A stretch of 64,000 bases of DNA from Vermamoeba vermiformis (Eukaryota), in the NCBI GenBank assembly GCA_045837725.1, contig JBEWZL010000127.1, forward strand, positions 248,001 to 312,000. Reading direction: 5' to 3'. Below the pieces are notes generated by a model. It ran no database searches, was not told the origin of the DNA, and worked only from the letters and a program-made list of their open reading frames with translations. Position numbers and translations under genes: made by a program. Positions 1-13,172 of the stretch are shown one piece after another (the first letter of the stretch is position 1; every line of letters begins with the position of its first letter).

Positions 1-63
1 AAATTTCATTTAAACGCAAAATTGGATCCGTTTTGAGGAGGTCAATCTAACGAAATTTTGTAG

Positions 64-472
64 CCCGCGAAGCAAAGATGACTCAATTAGAAAATGCAGC
101 CAAGCAAGGAGGTGTCAAGGGTAATGCAGCAGGAAATGAATTAGGTAAGTCAAGTATAATGAATAATAGGAACTTGCCCGTCAAGATCCACCTTCGCAAA
201 ACTAACTTTTTTCTATAAAAGCGCAAATGAAGTCACAAGATTCAACTGAAGCCAATAGAGAATTGATTACTAAAGAGGCTGCTAAAAAGAGACTTATTAA
301 AGCCGTCGAAAACGCCAAGACCGTTCCGGATTCAGCTCGTCAAGAAGCTTTGAAGAAAGAAGAGGCTCGCTTGAAAGCCGAGGAAGAAAAGAAAAAACGC
401 GAGGAAGAACAGCAAAGACAGGCTTCGAGACAGCGATTGGCTGATAAGGCAAAGTTATGGGAGCAGAAATAA
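64..472 (+). CDS. abpB: 3' exons of a calcium-regulated 34-kDa actin-bundling protein (ABP34-like); 5' part lies outside the window
   Basis: Exons 64-144 and 222-472 (GTAAGT...ACTAAC...AAG intron) give AREAKMTQLENAAKQGGVKGNAAGNELAQMKSQDSTEANR...SRQRLADKAKLWEQK, matching my recollection of the Dictyostelium ABP34 C-terminus (GGVKG..A.NEL, RLA.KA.LW). Confidence 0.75.
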
Positions 473-571
473 ATGCTCGCAATTATCATTCTGAAACTGA
501 ATTTATTTGGAAATTTACAAGAACTTATTAATATGCAACTATCCGTACATACGGAATATATTCAAGAGTGC

Positions 572-2929
572 TCAAAACTCTAACTTGGTCATAATCTTCT
601 TGTAATCAACTCTTGTTCGTGATCCGATGATGAGCACTTGATCCAGCGCAAAATGAATTGAATTTACATCTCTGTTGTCGTGCGCAAATGAACTGATTAG
701 ACGAGCTGTCTCCCATTGATACGCCTGTGAGAGTATAAGCGCTTTAGATCTGTACGTTATATCTTATCTATTTGAATGCATACATGAACGTGATTGGCCG
801 TAGCTAAGAATAGAATTGCACCGGACTTGCTGAACGTCATCGCTTGAATGCCAGCAGCGTTCTTTTCTTCGAATTTGACGACTTTCCGTTTCTGTTCCAA
901 ATCAACAACATTGACGAGGTTGTTAAATGTGCACAAGAGTTTATCTGCATCACATTGAAGTGAATAATGTTTGCCTTTTTTGGGCGGGAAATTGGGTCCG
1001 TAGGAATTTTTACTGTCCAAGCTAGTTGACTTACTATTTTTGGGCACCCAGAGGTATTTAGTGGCACCACCAGGGATTGGCGCTAATTGGTAATTAAGAT
1101 CGTTCAAGTCCATGATTTTTTTCCGAGAAACGTCGTTGACATCAATTGACATGAATCGGAACCAATGTCTTTTCTGGCCTTGGCTCTCCACAAAATGTTC
1201 ACTAAAGTTCGTAAATTTCTTTGCACTCGGCAGCTCGATTTCAACGGACTGTTCTTCGTGTCTCCAAATAACAATCTGCAAATATAGTATTTATGGTTAC
1301 TTTGCAAAAATTTCAAGGCGCGTGAAGGTTGTTAGTCACGTGACTTACTTTGTCTTCTTTAAAAAACAGTAGTAAGTTAGGATTAACTTGTGATGCAAAT
1401 AATGCAATGAACGGCCCTGACAGTCGTTCGAACTTAGCGCACAACGGAGCCCTAGCGGGAGCATTAATTTCTTTTCCAAATTTGGTAATGGAATTACCTT
1501 TCTTGACAAGGAGTTGCAAGTGGTTCAAGACTGTAATTTCCGTCTTTTAGCGTCGCCGTGCAACAATGGGAACATCTCTTGGACAGATCCATGATCACTA
1601 CGTCGTTCCAACCGGTGCTGTCAATCTAATAATACACCTCGTTAGTCATTCTCAAGCAAAGTATTTATAAATACGAAAAAGCACAAATATTAACAAAGAG
1701 CTGCATAATATCTTTTGTTTAAAATACAGTTAAATTTGCGAAAGTTTGTTAATTAGGGTTAGGGTTTGGCAATATACGTTTTCAAGTTTCAACGTAATAA
1801 ACCTGGTCAAACTACACGCCATATATCGCACTTACATAAGCAGCAAATTTCGAGTTAAAAGCCCAGGAGAGTTCCAATGTTTCGCAACCACCAGCTGGAT
1901 ATAACGTCAACATCGGACTGTTGTTCATTTTGCCGTCAGGCTCCAATATTTTGTGCACGCAATATTCCGTATTTGTAGTTGATAAAATCTTTGAACATAA
2001 AATCGCCCTGCCCTATAATTTAATTAAGACGTTGAGCCAGATCTAGCCATTAATTAAAAAATGAAACTTACCGTTTGCTTTAACGAAGTCGCTATTCATG
2101 CCATAATATTTTGGTACATATTGAACATCGTCTTTTGGCGGTTTAACATCGACAAAGCCTGCAAGATTGATGGTTGTCAGATCCGTTTGTCCTGAATGGT
2201 GCAACGTCACTGGATTGTGCTTTACTGGCACCATTTTGGCTGCTAATCTAATACGAGGTCATAATTTAGTATAATGAGTTATTATTTTTATATTCTCCCT
2301 ACCGCAGATCCACGACTACTAACGCCGACGTAGGGATCACATGGTACCGATCCGAAAATATTAATTGATCGTTGTAATTATAGTCGTCGAAAGTACAGCG
2401 AAATGTTTGGTGAGGCGCACTAAAGTCCCTATAGGCCATAATAATTGCTGTTAGTCAATTTAGAATTAATTTCGAAATTAATTACCGATCCTACTTTTTC
2501 CATTTTAGCTCGAGACGTCTTGCTTGCAAATACTGCATTGAATAAGTAAAGTGAAATGTTATAATAATTTGCCGTAAGTAGTACCAATCGTTTCCAGCGC
2601 AAGTTTTGGTTGAGATCCACAGTCTTTTCATCAAAGTTTTTCTCGTAGATGTGTTTCCAAATATCCTTCGTATCGAAGTATGTACTCCATGACTTGCATA
2701 CAAGCGATACAATGACGACATCTTCCAATTCAAGAAAAGAGAAGATGGCTGTTGTCACTTCGGGAGGTAAAATATCCTCAAAAAAATTCCACGTTGATGA
2801 ACCTGTTTGAATTATTGATGATATGTAATATCCAGGTTATACGAGCATTTAGAAAATTATTTAAAAATTATTTAAAAATTATTTGACATTTTATCTAAAA
2901 TTAATTAAAATTCAAGACTTACCTTCCAT
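572..2929 (-). CDS. F-box protein with beta-propeller-like C-terminus, paralog A (multi-exon)
   Basis: 7-nt first coding exon ATGGAAG|GTAAG; F-box motif LPPEVTTAIFSFLELEDVVIVSLVCKSW; beta-rich exons; ends ...IMTKLEF* at 572-574. Confidence 0.8.
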
Positions 2930-3213
2930 TGCAGCGCACAATTAGAAGTGCGGATTATTATGACCACAACTATACGAGATCTATGAACCGACGAAAACCG
3001 TCTTATGTGGTTTCAGCTGAAACGGCAATTTAAATTCTGACTGTTTTACTGGCACGAATTCATTTTATCATCACTGCGCAGATTATTAACTTTTCAGTTA
3101 CCTGCAACAATACCTTAGTTGGTCAAATTTAATTGATCTGCCTACGGTGGCCAAAGTAAAGATTTAATTCCATCATTTACTTCTTGTACATCGTATAGGC
3201 GGTTCAAGAGTGC

Positions 3214-5443
3214 TCAAAACTCGAGCTTAGTCCTAATTTTCATGTAGTCAGCTCTACGAGGCGAACTAATGACGAACACTTGATCCAGCACAAAATGAAT
3301 CGCATTCACTTCTGTATTGTCGTGCGCAAATGAACTGATCAACCGACCAATCTCCCATTGATACGCCTGTTGAAATTTGCATGAATTAGATAGGTCAGAT
3401 TAGTTTAAAATGTCGTGGATACTCACGTATATGTGATCGGTGGTGGCGACAAACAGAATTGACGCGGACTTGTTGAAGGTCATGGCACGGACTGGATTGG
3501 GCACCGTCATTTTTGAGAGCCAAACTTTTTGGTCTAAATCAAACGAGATGATTTTGTGGTGCAACACGCACAGGACCTTGCCTGCGAAATTTCATCGGTC
3601 AGAAGGTTAGAGAAATTTAGACACGTGAAAAATATTCGCTATGACATAAATCACGTGATTATGTTGCGTTCACTGAAAAAATGTTTCGTGAAAAGCGTAT
3701 TATTTTGACTTACTTTTCTTTGGCACGAATAAGTACTTTGACAGCGCAGGCATTTCCAGCTTGTTGCTCACGTTGTTAAAGTCCATAAAAGTCGTTCTAG
3801 CGCCAGTTTGGTTGGTCGTTGTGTACGTGAACCAATGACGTGAGGAAAGTCCTTCCACCCAATGTTCACCGCAGTTCGTGAAAGTTTTCACGTCGGGCAG
3901 TTTAACCTCAACGGACTCTTCGAAAAGTCCGTGTCTCCAAATAAGCATCTAAAAATAGACATTAATCTTTGCAAGAATTTCGTACTATACATGCAAAACT
4001 TACGCGGTTGTAATAGGCCAGCACTAAAATATTCGGATTGAACTGCGACGCATAGATCCAATCAACAGGTCCTGCATGTCGTTCTATGATCGCACAGTAT
4101 GGAGACCTAATTATTTTGTATAATTAGCGAGCTATAGCAATATAATCGTACTATATGAAACATTTTGCGGTACATCAAAAGTAAGTAAAAATTTGTTAGT
4201 TGGGCTTACAATGGTTGGCACGGATAAGAAAAAGCTTCAGGGACATATTCTCCGTTCTTTAAAGTCGCTACACAACAATGAGAGCATCGCTTGGATAAGT
4301 CGATGATATGGACGTCATAGGTCTTCAGCTGCCTATTATTCTGTAAAATCTAGTTTAGCGACATTTCTTTTTTAAAATTAAAACAATAATACGCGACAAG
4401 ATATTACTTACATAAGCAGCAAATTTTGAATTAAAACACCACGCTAGGCTATCCGGATCGGTAGGCGTCAACATTAAAATTGAATTTGTTTTGTTTTGAG
4501 ATATAAGTTGACTTTCAGCGTTCCATAAAGCAAATCTATATGTTGAAGGATGTCGAAGCAAAAAATCTCCGCGTCCTAAACAAATCCGGATTTAGAAACA
4601 TTCAATTTCCGTTGTTAATTACCGTTTGAATAGCGCGTGTGGGGAGAATTAATATGGAAATATGGGATGGTGTATGTATCGTCTTTGGGCGGCTTAGGCT
4701 CGCTGTGTGCTTTTACAGTTGAAATGACCGTTGTCACATCCGAAATGTTGTGGCAGTGTAGGGTGACAGGATTATGCTTAACTTGCACGAGCTTAGCTGC
4801 CAATCTGTCAATTTGTTAAATATAATAGCAAATTTATTATCTGTTTTCAAACCTTAGATCGACAACCGCAGTGCAGCTGGAAGCAATGAGGATGTGGTAC
4901 CGATTGGCAACTACGAGTTGATCGCTAATTTGCGCGTTGCATCGGAATGTTTGTTGAGGCTGCGTAAAGTCTCTGTACTAATAGTTAATAAGGCTATTTT
5001 GAGAAAATTGTTGGATGCACCTGTTCCATTTTCGGTTGAGGTTACTTGCTTGAACAAACTATAAAAATTATTAGAATGCTACCAAATATTTTATTTATTA
5101 TTACCAATCGTTTCCAGCGCAAGTTTTGGTTGAGATCCACAGTCTTTTCGTCAAGCTGACCGAAATTTTTCTCGTAGATGTGCTTCCAAATATCTTTTGT
5201 ATCGAAATATGTACTCCATGACTTGCATACGAGCGATACGTAGACAACATCTTCCAATTCAAGAAACGAGAAGACGGATGTTGTCACTTCGGGAGGCAAA
5301 ATATCCTCAAAAAAATTCCACGTTGGTTTATCCTCTAAAAAAACATTTAAAATTATTATGAAGGGATTACATTACCGCGAGAAATAATTAACACAATTCT
5401 CAATAATTTAACCAATGAAAACACGACTTGACTTACCCTCCAT
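3214..5443 (-). CDS. F-box protein, tandem paralog B (multi-exon)
   Basis: Same 7-nt first exon (ATGGAGG|GTAAG), near-identical F-box exon (about 5105-5330) and same C-terminal ...KLEF* as paralog A. Confidence 0.8.
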
Positions 5444-5703
5444 TATATTAGTTTGGGACGTAACGCCAATAATTTCAATAAACGGCTATTGTTGTTTATG
5501 TAGCTGTTAATTTAATTAGAAAAAAAGCGCCCAGTTGCTTTCCCAAAAGAGATGAGGAATTTTGCCAGCCAAACCCAGTTGTATAATTATTGCTAATTAT
5601 CCATTCAAGTCCTTGTCATTGTGTTTAATGGCTCGGTTGTGGTCGCGCGACTGTTATAACGATAATAAATTGTTTCATTCATTTTTCGTTTCATTGTTGC
5701 AGA

Positions 5704-8393
5704 ATGGACACAACGCCGTCTCATTTTGAAAAATCGAGTCCATATTATGTGGACAAGAATATTACAAAGCAGGTTTTGCAACGTGAACTGACTTACCATG
5801 CCGAACTCAAAAATTACAAGGCACATCCAACACCTCTCTGCTTCGTCGATGAAATTAGTTCAAATAGAGCACTTGTTGCTGGTTTGACATTCTCGCAGTC
5901 CCTTCAGTCGCATCGGGGTTGTGTTAATAGCGTGACTTGGTCGGAAAAAGGTATTTCCACATCCAAAATGTTTTAGCATTGGCATAATTAATTAAATAAC
6001 AAGTAAATCCTAATTACCACTATAATTGTATTTCCATATTTAAAGTAAAGAAATTTATGGTTTATGCCTGAAAATTAATAATTATATTTTAGGCGATCTG
6101 CTCGTTTCTGGCAGCGACGACACGAAAGTAAGGCTTAATTTAGCACTAATAATTTTACTTATTTATTTTAGATATGCATTTGGGACTATAATGAACGGAG
6201 GAAGATTACGCACGAAGATTGACAGCGTAAGAAACAGGAAAACTTTTTCATTTTCAATAATTAATATTTAAAATTGCAGGGCCATACTGCCAATATTTTT
6301 TGCACGCGTTTTATGCCATACACAAACAATTCTTGGGTTGTTTCTTGCGCGGGTAAGAAACTTTTATTTCATGAAAACGAATAGGTTGCAAATAATAATA
6401 TTAATTATGCATGTGGCCGTAGGCGACTTTCAATTTCGCGTTTTTAACACTGAGACGAGCAATAATTCGAACGTAAGTGGTGCCATTGCTTGGTTGGATT
6501 CTCTCGTTAATCCCGTGACTTTTTTCAGAGCCGTTCAATTTCACCGTTCAAAGTGTACGATTGCTGTCAAGGCCGCGCCAAGAAATTTTGTCCGCTGGAC
6601 AGCTGGAGCTTTTTAATTGTCGCCGAAGATGGCACCGTTGTAAGAAACATGGTGGATCCGGCACATCATTATTTCTTCTTAAATTAAATCTATTTGCAGA
6701 GAGAGATTGACATGCGTCAACCACATCAATGCGAAACACCTGCGTGCGAGAAGACGAAGGTGGTGGAACTCAAGCAAGGTCATCACGTGGTCGAACTGTA
6801 CTCGATAGGACTCAGCGGCAATTATTTTTGTGTTGGTGGTGGAGACCCGTTAGTACGCGTATACGATAGAAGGTACTAATAATAAGAACACTCAAAGTTT
6901 ATTGGCGACCGAAGAATTGCTCGGGAAATTTCGTGGCACGTGTTTTAATTGCACTTTTTGCAGGTATCTCTCAGACACGCCAAGATCGCAAAAAACAGTC
7001 AAAAATTTTGCCCCGCAACACCTTGCCAAGCACATGAACGCGGAGCAGTTGTTCAGCATTCGCGGTCATATCACTGGTGTAGCTTTTGAAGACAACGAAA
7101 TATTGGCGTCATACAGGTACTATTTTTATTTCTATTAGTTGATATTTGGCTAACTTTTTGTTAGTGGCGATCATATTTATTTGTTCGATCTGAACGACAG
7201 CCATGACGTGAGTCAAGACACGAATAAGAACAAATCAAACTCGAACAGTGACGACGAATTTGAGAATTTGAGCGATGATGGTAAGTCACTATAACGCCTC
7301 TTATATATCAGCCATATCTATTTAGACTTCGAATTTGACCTGACTTTTATGTAGAACTAAAGCACAAACGAAGAAAAAGGAGAAAAGTCGTTTCGAGCGA
7401 AGAAAAGTCCGTTGAAGATAACGACGATGATAACGACAATGAAGAAGACAATGATGACGACGAGAATAAAGACGATGATGAAGAAATGGACATTAACGAC
7501 GTACCAGTGCAATCTGATTATTACAAGTAAGTCATTGGTATAACTTAATGACCACGTGATTCTAATTCTAACCTTGTGGCCAATCAGAAAACGCTACAGA
7601 GGGCACTGCAATGTGCGTACGGTGAAAGAGGTGAATTTTTACGGCCCACGTAACGAATACGTCATCTCGGGTTCAGACGATGGAAATATCTTTATTTGGC
7701 ATAAAGACGAGACTAAGTAAGTCCGGTACTTTAACTACTCGACTTTTAATATAACCATCTTTTATTAGAATTGTAAATATTTTGAAAGGCGACAAACACG
7801 TTGTCAATTGCATTCAAGTAAGCAACACTACCAAATATAATCGATTTCTTTATATCTTGCTAATGTCAATGCTCGTAGGGTCATCCTCATTCAACAATCC
7901 TCGCCAGCAGCGGCATTGAAAATGATGTCAAACTTTGGGCTCCGACAGCGCGCAAAGCAGATGGCGTAAATAATCGCAATATCGAAGAAGAATATGAACG
8001 CATATGCGAACGTAATATGAACAAGGTAATATAGCCATAATATGCTACATTGCCAGAACTGACTATTTTCTCGATTTAGCTGCAAGACAGTACTCGTTCC
8101 CAAGCGATGCCGTTGTCCATGTTCAGAGCGTTGTTGCGTACATTAGGCGAACGACGAAGACAAAGACAAGAAGCGAGGACTACGACGACTACGAATACCG
8201 CTGAGAACAACGGTAAGATCCACATCCGCTTACGTAACCAAGGAACAATGAAATTAATTGTTGATTATTCATAGTTAATGTTGAAGAAGATGATGACGAT
8301 GAAGGTGAGGGCATTCAAATAGCATTTGGTTCAGAAGATGAGAGCGAGGATGAAGACGGCGGATCTGGAGCTGTGCAATGTCGAACGCAGTAA
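5704..8393 (+). CDS. DCAF8/WDR42A-like WD40 protein (CUL4-DDB1 substrate receptor family)
   Basis: [65 protein letters not shown] motifs across many exons; acidic insert; ends VQCRTQ*. Confidence 0.85.
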
Positions 8394-8757
8394 TTTGTTT
8401 ATTAATAAGTTATAGATTACTTGTACAAAGTGTAAAGAATTGATTTTGTGTAATGACGCTGTTATGTCGGGCAGGTCGGGAACCCGAACCCGGATCATTT
8501 TTCTCATCGGCATTTCTCATCGGCCAATCCTGCGTCAATGGAAGATGCACTCTGCATAAGAAGATCGCAGTAATGATTCTAGATTTACTTAATTTGGTCC
8601 CCTAGCTCGCGTGTCCTGTCCTCCAACGGGACTATCACGCGATTGGTCTGTGCTCGAGATTCTTTTGCTCGTGCTATCATTATTATGAGTGATTGCACGA
8701 GGTAATACACGCAAGCCAAAGTCACCAGCATTTTTGACAATCTTTCAACATCGGATC

Positions 8758-9926
8758 ATGGCTACTTGGTAAGTGCTCAAGTTCCCTTCCTATTATTTAT
8801 TTGCAACGAATGTTACCAATAAATTTAGGGTAAATGAGGTGCTTAATATTGGTAGCAAAGGGCTCAAAACTGTTGAAGACTATGAGAAACAATTTGATCT
8901 GATCGCAAAAAAATTGCTAAACGAATGCATCTTTCAAATTAACGACAGGTATTAACGAATAGCTCCATCACTTTATTTTTTACTATTTATTACTCAACGA
9001 CCCAATCCTAATTTTTGTAATTATTTTTCAAAGACCTCACAGATTCATTGAAATTGAATTCTACTACACCGATGCCATTCACGCGGATCCTTTCACTCAT
9101 AAAGATAATGACCAACAAACATGCGGCCAATGGTACTTCCATAAGATAGGCTCGCAATACAAAGGAGGAACTTATAAAGGATTGGATATCACCTGTGGTT
9201 CACCAAACGTAAGGCAATAAGATATTAATATTATATTTACTATATTTTCTTTTAACCTGGTATCTTTAAATCAATGCCAAGGTCGATCCCGCCAAAATTC
9301 CAATTTTGATCCATCATTTTTGACGCTTCTAACGCTCGTAATATTATGTATAGGCATATGGCGGTATATTAATTCGAGGCATTCAAGATTTGGAGACCGG
9401 TGAGATCAAAGACGGCTCGTGCGTCTGTGTGGATCACATCTTGCAACTCAACGAAGTTGACTCGATCAAAGACCTTACAATGCTCAAAACATTCAATTTT
9501 AATGTTACTGATGGAAATACCAATCGTATTGTGCCTAATACAAATATGCCTAAAGTGAATGTCGTCAAATCCGCTCGCGTTGGTTTGAACATGAAGAAAA
9601 AGGAAGACAATCAAACGGAATACGTTATGAAGCCTTATCGATACTTGGCTTATCGATATCCGATATATCCCAAAAAAGGCAAGATCCACATCGCGTTAAC
9701 GTTGCACATGCAAGGCAAAACTCCGCAGCAGATCCAACAGGCAACCGGCTCTCCTTTAAGCTCTATTTACAATTGGATCGAGTTATACCAACAAGGCTAT
9801 GCTACGAATATCAATGATTATGTTAATATGGCTTTGGACAATGAAAGTCTTTGTAAAGCGATGGGTGCTTGGGCTAAACAATACTACAACGCAAATAACA
9901 ACAGCACTCCGAATGCTGCGCCTAAA
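8758..9926 (+). CDS. AAG/MPG (3-methyladenine DNA glycosylase)-like domain plus HTH; probably spliced onto the downstream ARM exons
   Basis: Spliced MATWVNEVL...HRFIEIEFYY...DPFTH...WYFHK...GGTYKGLDIT...GGILIRGI...SARVGL...PYRY resembles AAG motifs (RIVETEAY, VLIRA, PRIGI, PWRF); GKTPQQIQQATGSPLSSIYNWI is HTH-like. GT donor at 9927. Confidence 0.6.
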
Positions 9927-9991
9927 GTAAGATATTATTATAATTAACTAATAATAATATAGCAACGTATTGTAAATTGATGAATTTTCAG

Positions 9992-11586
9992 ATGGAACAA
10001 AATCTTCCGCCGAAGTTCCGTGCCGATATGAATCAACTTGGCATGCAACTCAATTCGTACAACGAAGCTGATGCATTGAGTGCGCTGACTACGTTCAGAA
10101 AATTTTTGTCGGGTAAGTCCTGCGGCATTAGCGGAACGTGATTTCTGAACGATTTTTCAGACGACAGCAATATTGATCCCGTTCAGGAGGCCATGTACGA
10201 GGCAGGACTTATTCCTAAATTCGTAGAATTTCTTCGTAAAACCGAAAATCCAGCAATGCAGGTACGGATGCAGATCCAAATTCATTTAACAGAGAGTTTA
10301 ATATTCGTTATTTTAGTCCGAAGCTGCTTGGGCATTGTCAAACATTGCATCCTCTCCAAAATTTCATCATATTCAAGCGATCTTCGATGCAGATGTGTTT
10401 GCACCAGTGATCCAGTTACTTTCGTCGAACAACGAAAGTGTGTATGATAATGCATTGTTCCTCATAGCTAATTTACTCGGATTTGTTGACGAGCCAGAAA
10501 ACGAGAAGAAAGTAATGCAAGTAAGTTGAGACTTTTCCTTAAATAGCAACAATTTACATTTTTGCAATGATTGACCTTTATTACAGTACCGCAAGAAATT
10601 CATCGAATTGGATATTATTCCGGTCCTTTGTCAAATGGGTCAAGCGGAACAAAAGACTTATGTAGCTGCTAATATTGCATGGGCACTGGATACCGTTCTG
10701 CGTGGCGCTGAATTTGTGCCGCAATCGCAAGCCCTGGCGGTGTTGCCTATTTTGGCTAAACTGCTCCAAGTTCCCCATCCAGAAGCAACTTCGTACAGCG
10801 CAAAGGCTATTGAACGATTGGCAAAAAAACACGACGAGACAATTATTCAACGCGTGCTTGATATTGACGAGTTGTCGAAATCATTAATTAATTTACTTAC
10901 GTACGTATCAAAGCTAACAATTGTCGGGCAAATCAGTTATCAGCAAATCATATTTGATGGTCATTATCAAATTGGATTGATCCCTATACTAATTTCCTTG
11001 TAATTGTAGCTCGAGCGACAAAAAAACCAAACAAAATGCCAGCAAAGCTTTGGCGAATCTGACTAGAGGCACGTCGCAACAAGTACTTGCACTGCTAAAC
11101 CAAGACTTGGTACCCAAACTGTTCGAAGCTGTTGGCGCTGGCGACCCCTCAAAATCATTGGTAGAAAATACTGCAAAGATTTTCGAGCACGTTACTTTAG
11201 CAGCAGATGAGACCATCATCAAATTGATCATTGACGTCGGATTTTTGTCAATCGAGCAAATTGTTCCATCGATCGCTAACTCGCCGAACTATATTTGGGC
11301 ATTATCAAACGCGACATTTGCAGGCAATGGACATCATCTTGATTATTTCGTCGCGAGAGATATTCACAAGCGATTGGGCACAGCGTTGTGTGGAAATCCT
11401 CAAGTTGCTAAAGACAAAGATTTTCACGTGGCTATTCTCGAAGGCCTTGAAAACCTTATCCGACGAGCTCCTAAAGCGGCAAAAACTCTGCCAGCAGCTG
11501 TCAAGAAACATCTCCAGCAACAAATGTCACACTCGGATGCAGATATTCAAGCTTTGGCTATGAGACTTGTCAAGTTGTGCAATTAA
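9992..11586 (+). CDS. Importin-alpha-like armadillo-repeat region lacking an IBB domain
   Basis: ALTTFRKFLS, GLIPKFVEFL...PAMQ..AAWALSNIAS, LPILAKLL, WALSNAT, ILEGLENL are importin-alpha ARM signatures; several introns. Confidence 0.75.
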
Positions 11587-11782
11587 TTGACCACACCACA
11601 GTTACTCCAGGAAATGAAGTAAGCAACGTTAATTAAATTATAGGAACGTTACATGTTCATTTGAAAACCAATATCAACCCTGCGAAACCTTTCCAAGATC
11701 ACTGCTTAGCATAATCCTTAAAGGGATGCAAAACTATGAAAAGAAAACGGTTTTTTGCAAACTCATCAATTATTAGTACTTT

Positions 11783-12379
11783 TTATTTTCTAGTCTGCAC
11801 ACTGAAGCACTCGTAATGTTGAAATGCATTCGGATATGACGAGCATGAAGTAATAGGTGTTACGCTTTGATGGTCTTGTCCTTGGCAGTTGTTCTCCTCG
11901 TAAGCTGTAGCGAATACATCCGTTGCGTTGCACGACCAGATCAGGGAAGGATAGTACATATCCGGCACACATCTGTCAAGCGGGGCAGCGGTCATTGTAA
12001 AAGTCGACTTGCACTTGTCGGCCGTGTAACTGACCAGCACATAGTCCTGTGTTTGCAACAGTGCTGCCCAATCCGGTGCGTTAACGGAGCAGTCGTGGTA
12101 ATAACCACTGGGGTTGCACGTACGTAAATCATATTTAGTTTTTGGTTTGCAATTGGTGCATTCAGCATCTCGACAGATCCAGCCAAATGCAGTATTGTTA
12201 TCCACGCATTGATATTGGAAATATTGCCCGTCTTCTTGTTTAGCGCAGTTGCCATTATTTCCTAGTACCCAAGCGTTGAAGGGATTCGTTGAGTTATTTT
12301 TGCAGGATCCGACGATCTCCCAGTCGCAGTAAATTGCGCCTATTAAAGCGAAAATAACCAAAAAATATTTTAAATACAT
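11783..12379 (-). CDS. Secreted cysteine-rich protein, paralog A (intronless)
   Basis: Signal peptide MYLKYFLVIFALIGAIYC, many Cys, about 198 aa; highly similar to 13173-13784. Confidence 0.8.
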   Translation of the reverse strand: MYLKYFLVIFALIGAIYCDWEIVGSCKNNSTNPFNAWVLGNNGNCAKQEDGQYFQYQCVDNNTAFGWICRDAECTNCKPKTKYDLRTCNPSGYYHDCSVNAPDWAALLQTQDYVLVSYTADKCKSTFTMTAAPLDRCVPDMYYPSLIWSCNATDVFATAYEENNCQGQDHQSVTPITSCSSYPNAFQHYECFSVQTRK

Positions 12380-12711
12380 TGCAAGCACGAAAAGTTTCTG
12401 TTGAGTTGTGGTGATAACTCGGAAATTGGATTCAATAATTAGAAATTAAAAGGCGTCCAAAGTATTTGCTATTGGACATCATGTCCCAAGTCCGGTCCCG
12501 TGTACGGGACGCTGGTTCGATGAACTTAAACCATTATTTAAACCTGCCCATGATTGTGTTACTGTGTTTAATAGTATTGCAGTACTCTGTCAATTCTGCG
12601 ACAAGATTTTTGTTCGTTTCAGAATTGACAGCGTGACGCTAAGTCGTATTCTTTATTAAATACTCTAGTAATTGAAGTGTTAAGCCTGAAGTAGTAAACA
12701 GTATTTATTAA

Positions 12712-13052
12712 TTATAGGAACGTTACAATCAATACGAAATCAAATATCAACCCTGCGTATTGAATGAGCGGGAGTGTTGCCCTCGAACCCTTTCCGAGAT
12801 CCACTTCAGTCGTAGGAGGTGATGTAAAGGTACGGCTCACTAACAGAGACTGGTTCAAAGAGCAGTGGTTAACTATTGCTAGGTGGTGCGTCAACGACGG
12901 CGAAGGCCAATGTGTCGTTGGTGCGTTCAGTGGTTCACCATCTTGCGGCTCATTACTAGGTGCAACACAAGCGGCGCTTGAGGCTCGGGCGAACGGACTG
13001 GAGATGTTTGGCGTCTTCAATGGCAGTGGGGTGTTCGCTTGGAGGGCTCGAC
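12712..13052 (-). pseudogene. Orphan copy of the last (Pro/Thr stalk + GPI-like tail) exon of the Kelch gene
   Basis: Aligns with 14146-14484 (TTEVDLG..S.ATLPLIQY...IVTFL*). It retains a splice acceptor but has no upstream exons and is internally frame-disrupted relative to the intact copy. Confidence 0.65.
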
Positions 13053-13172
13053 CTAAAACGACAAAAAAACTTACAAATTTCACCAAGCATTAACGTAAGA
13101 TTCTAAGCGCAATCCTTTAAACGGATACAAAAATATGAGAAAAAGGTTTTTTGCACTAATAATAATCAATTA

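Noticed and set aside
1753-1770. TTAGGGTTAGGG telomere
   Set aside because: Only two units, inside an F-box gene intron.
2850-2886. Short tandem duplications (AAAATTATTTAA x3; also about 13792-13831, 29560-29586 and 35924-35952)
   Set aside because: Simple slippage repeats in introns or UTRs with no further structure.
12490-12530. tRNA suggested by GGTTCGA
   Set aside because: No cloverleaf, D-arm/A-box or acceptor stem can be built.
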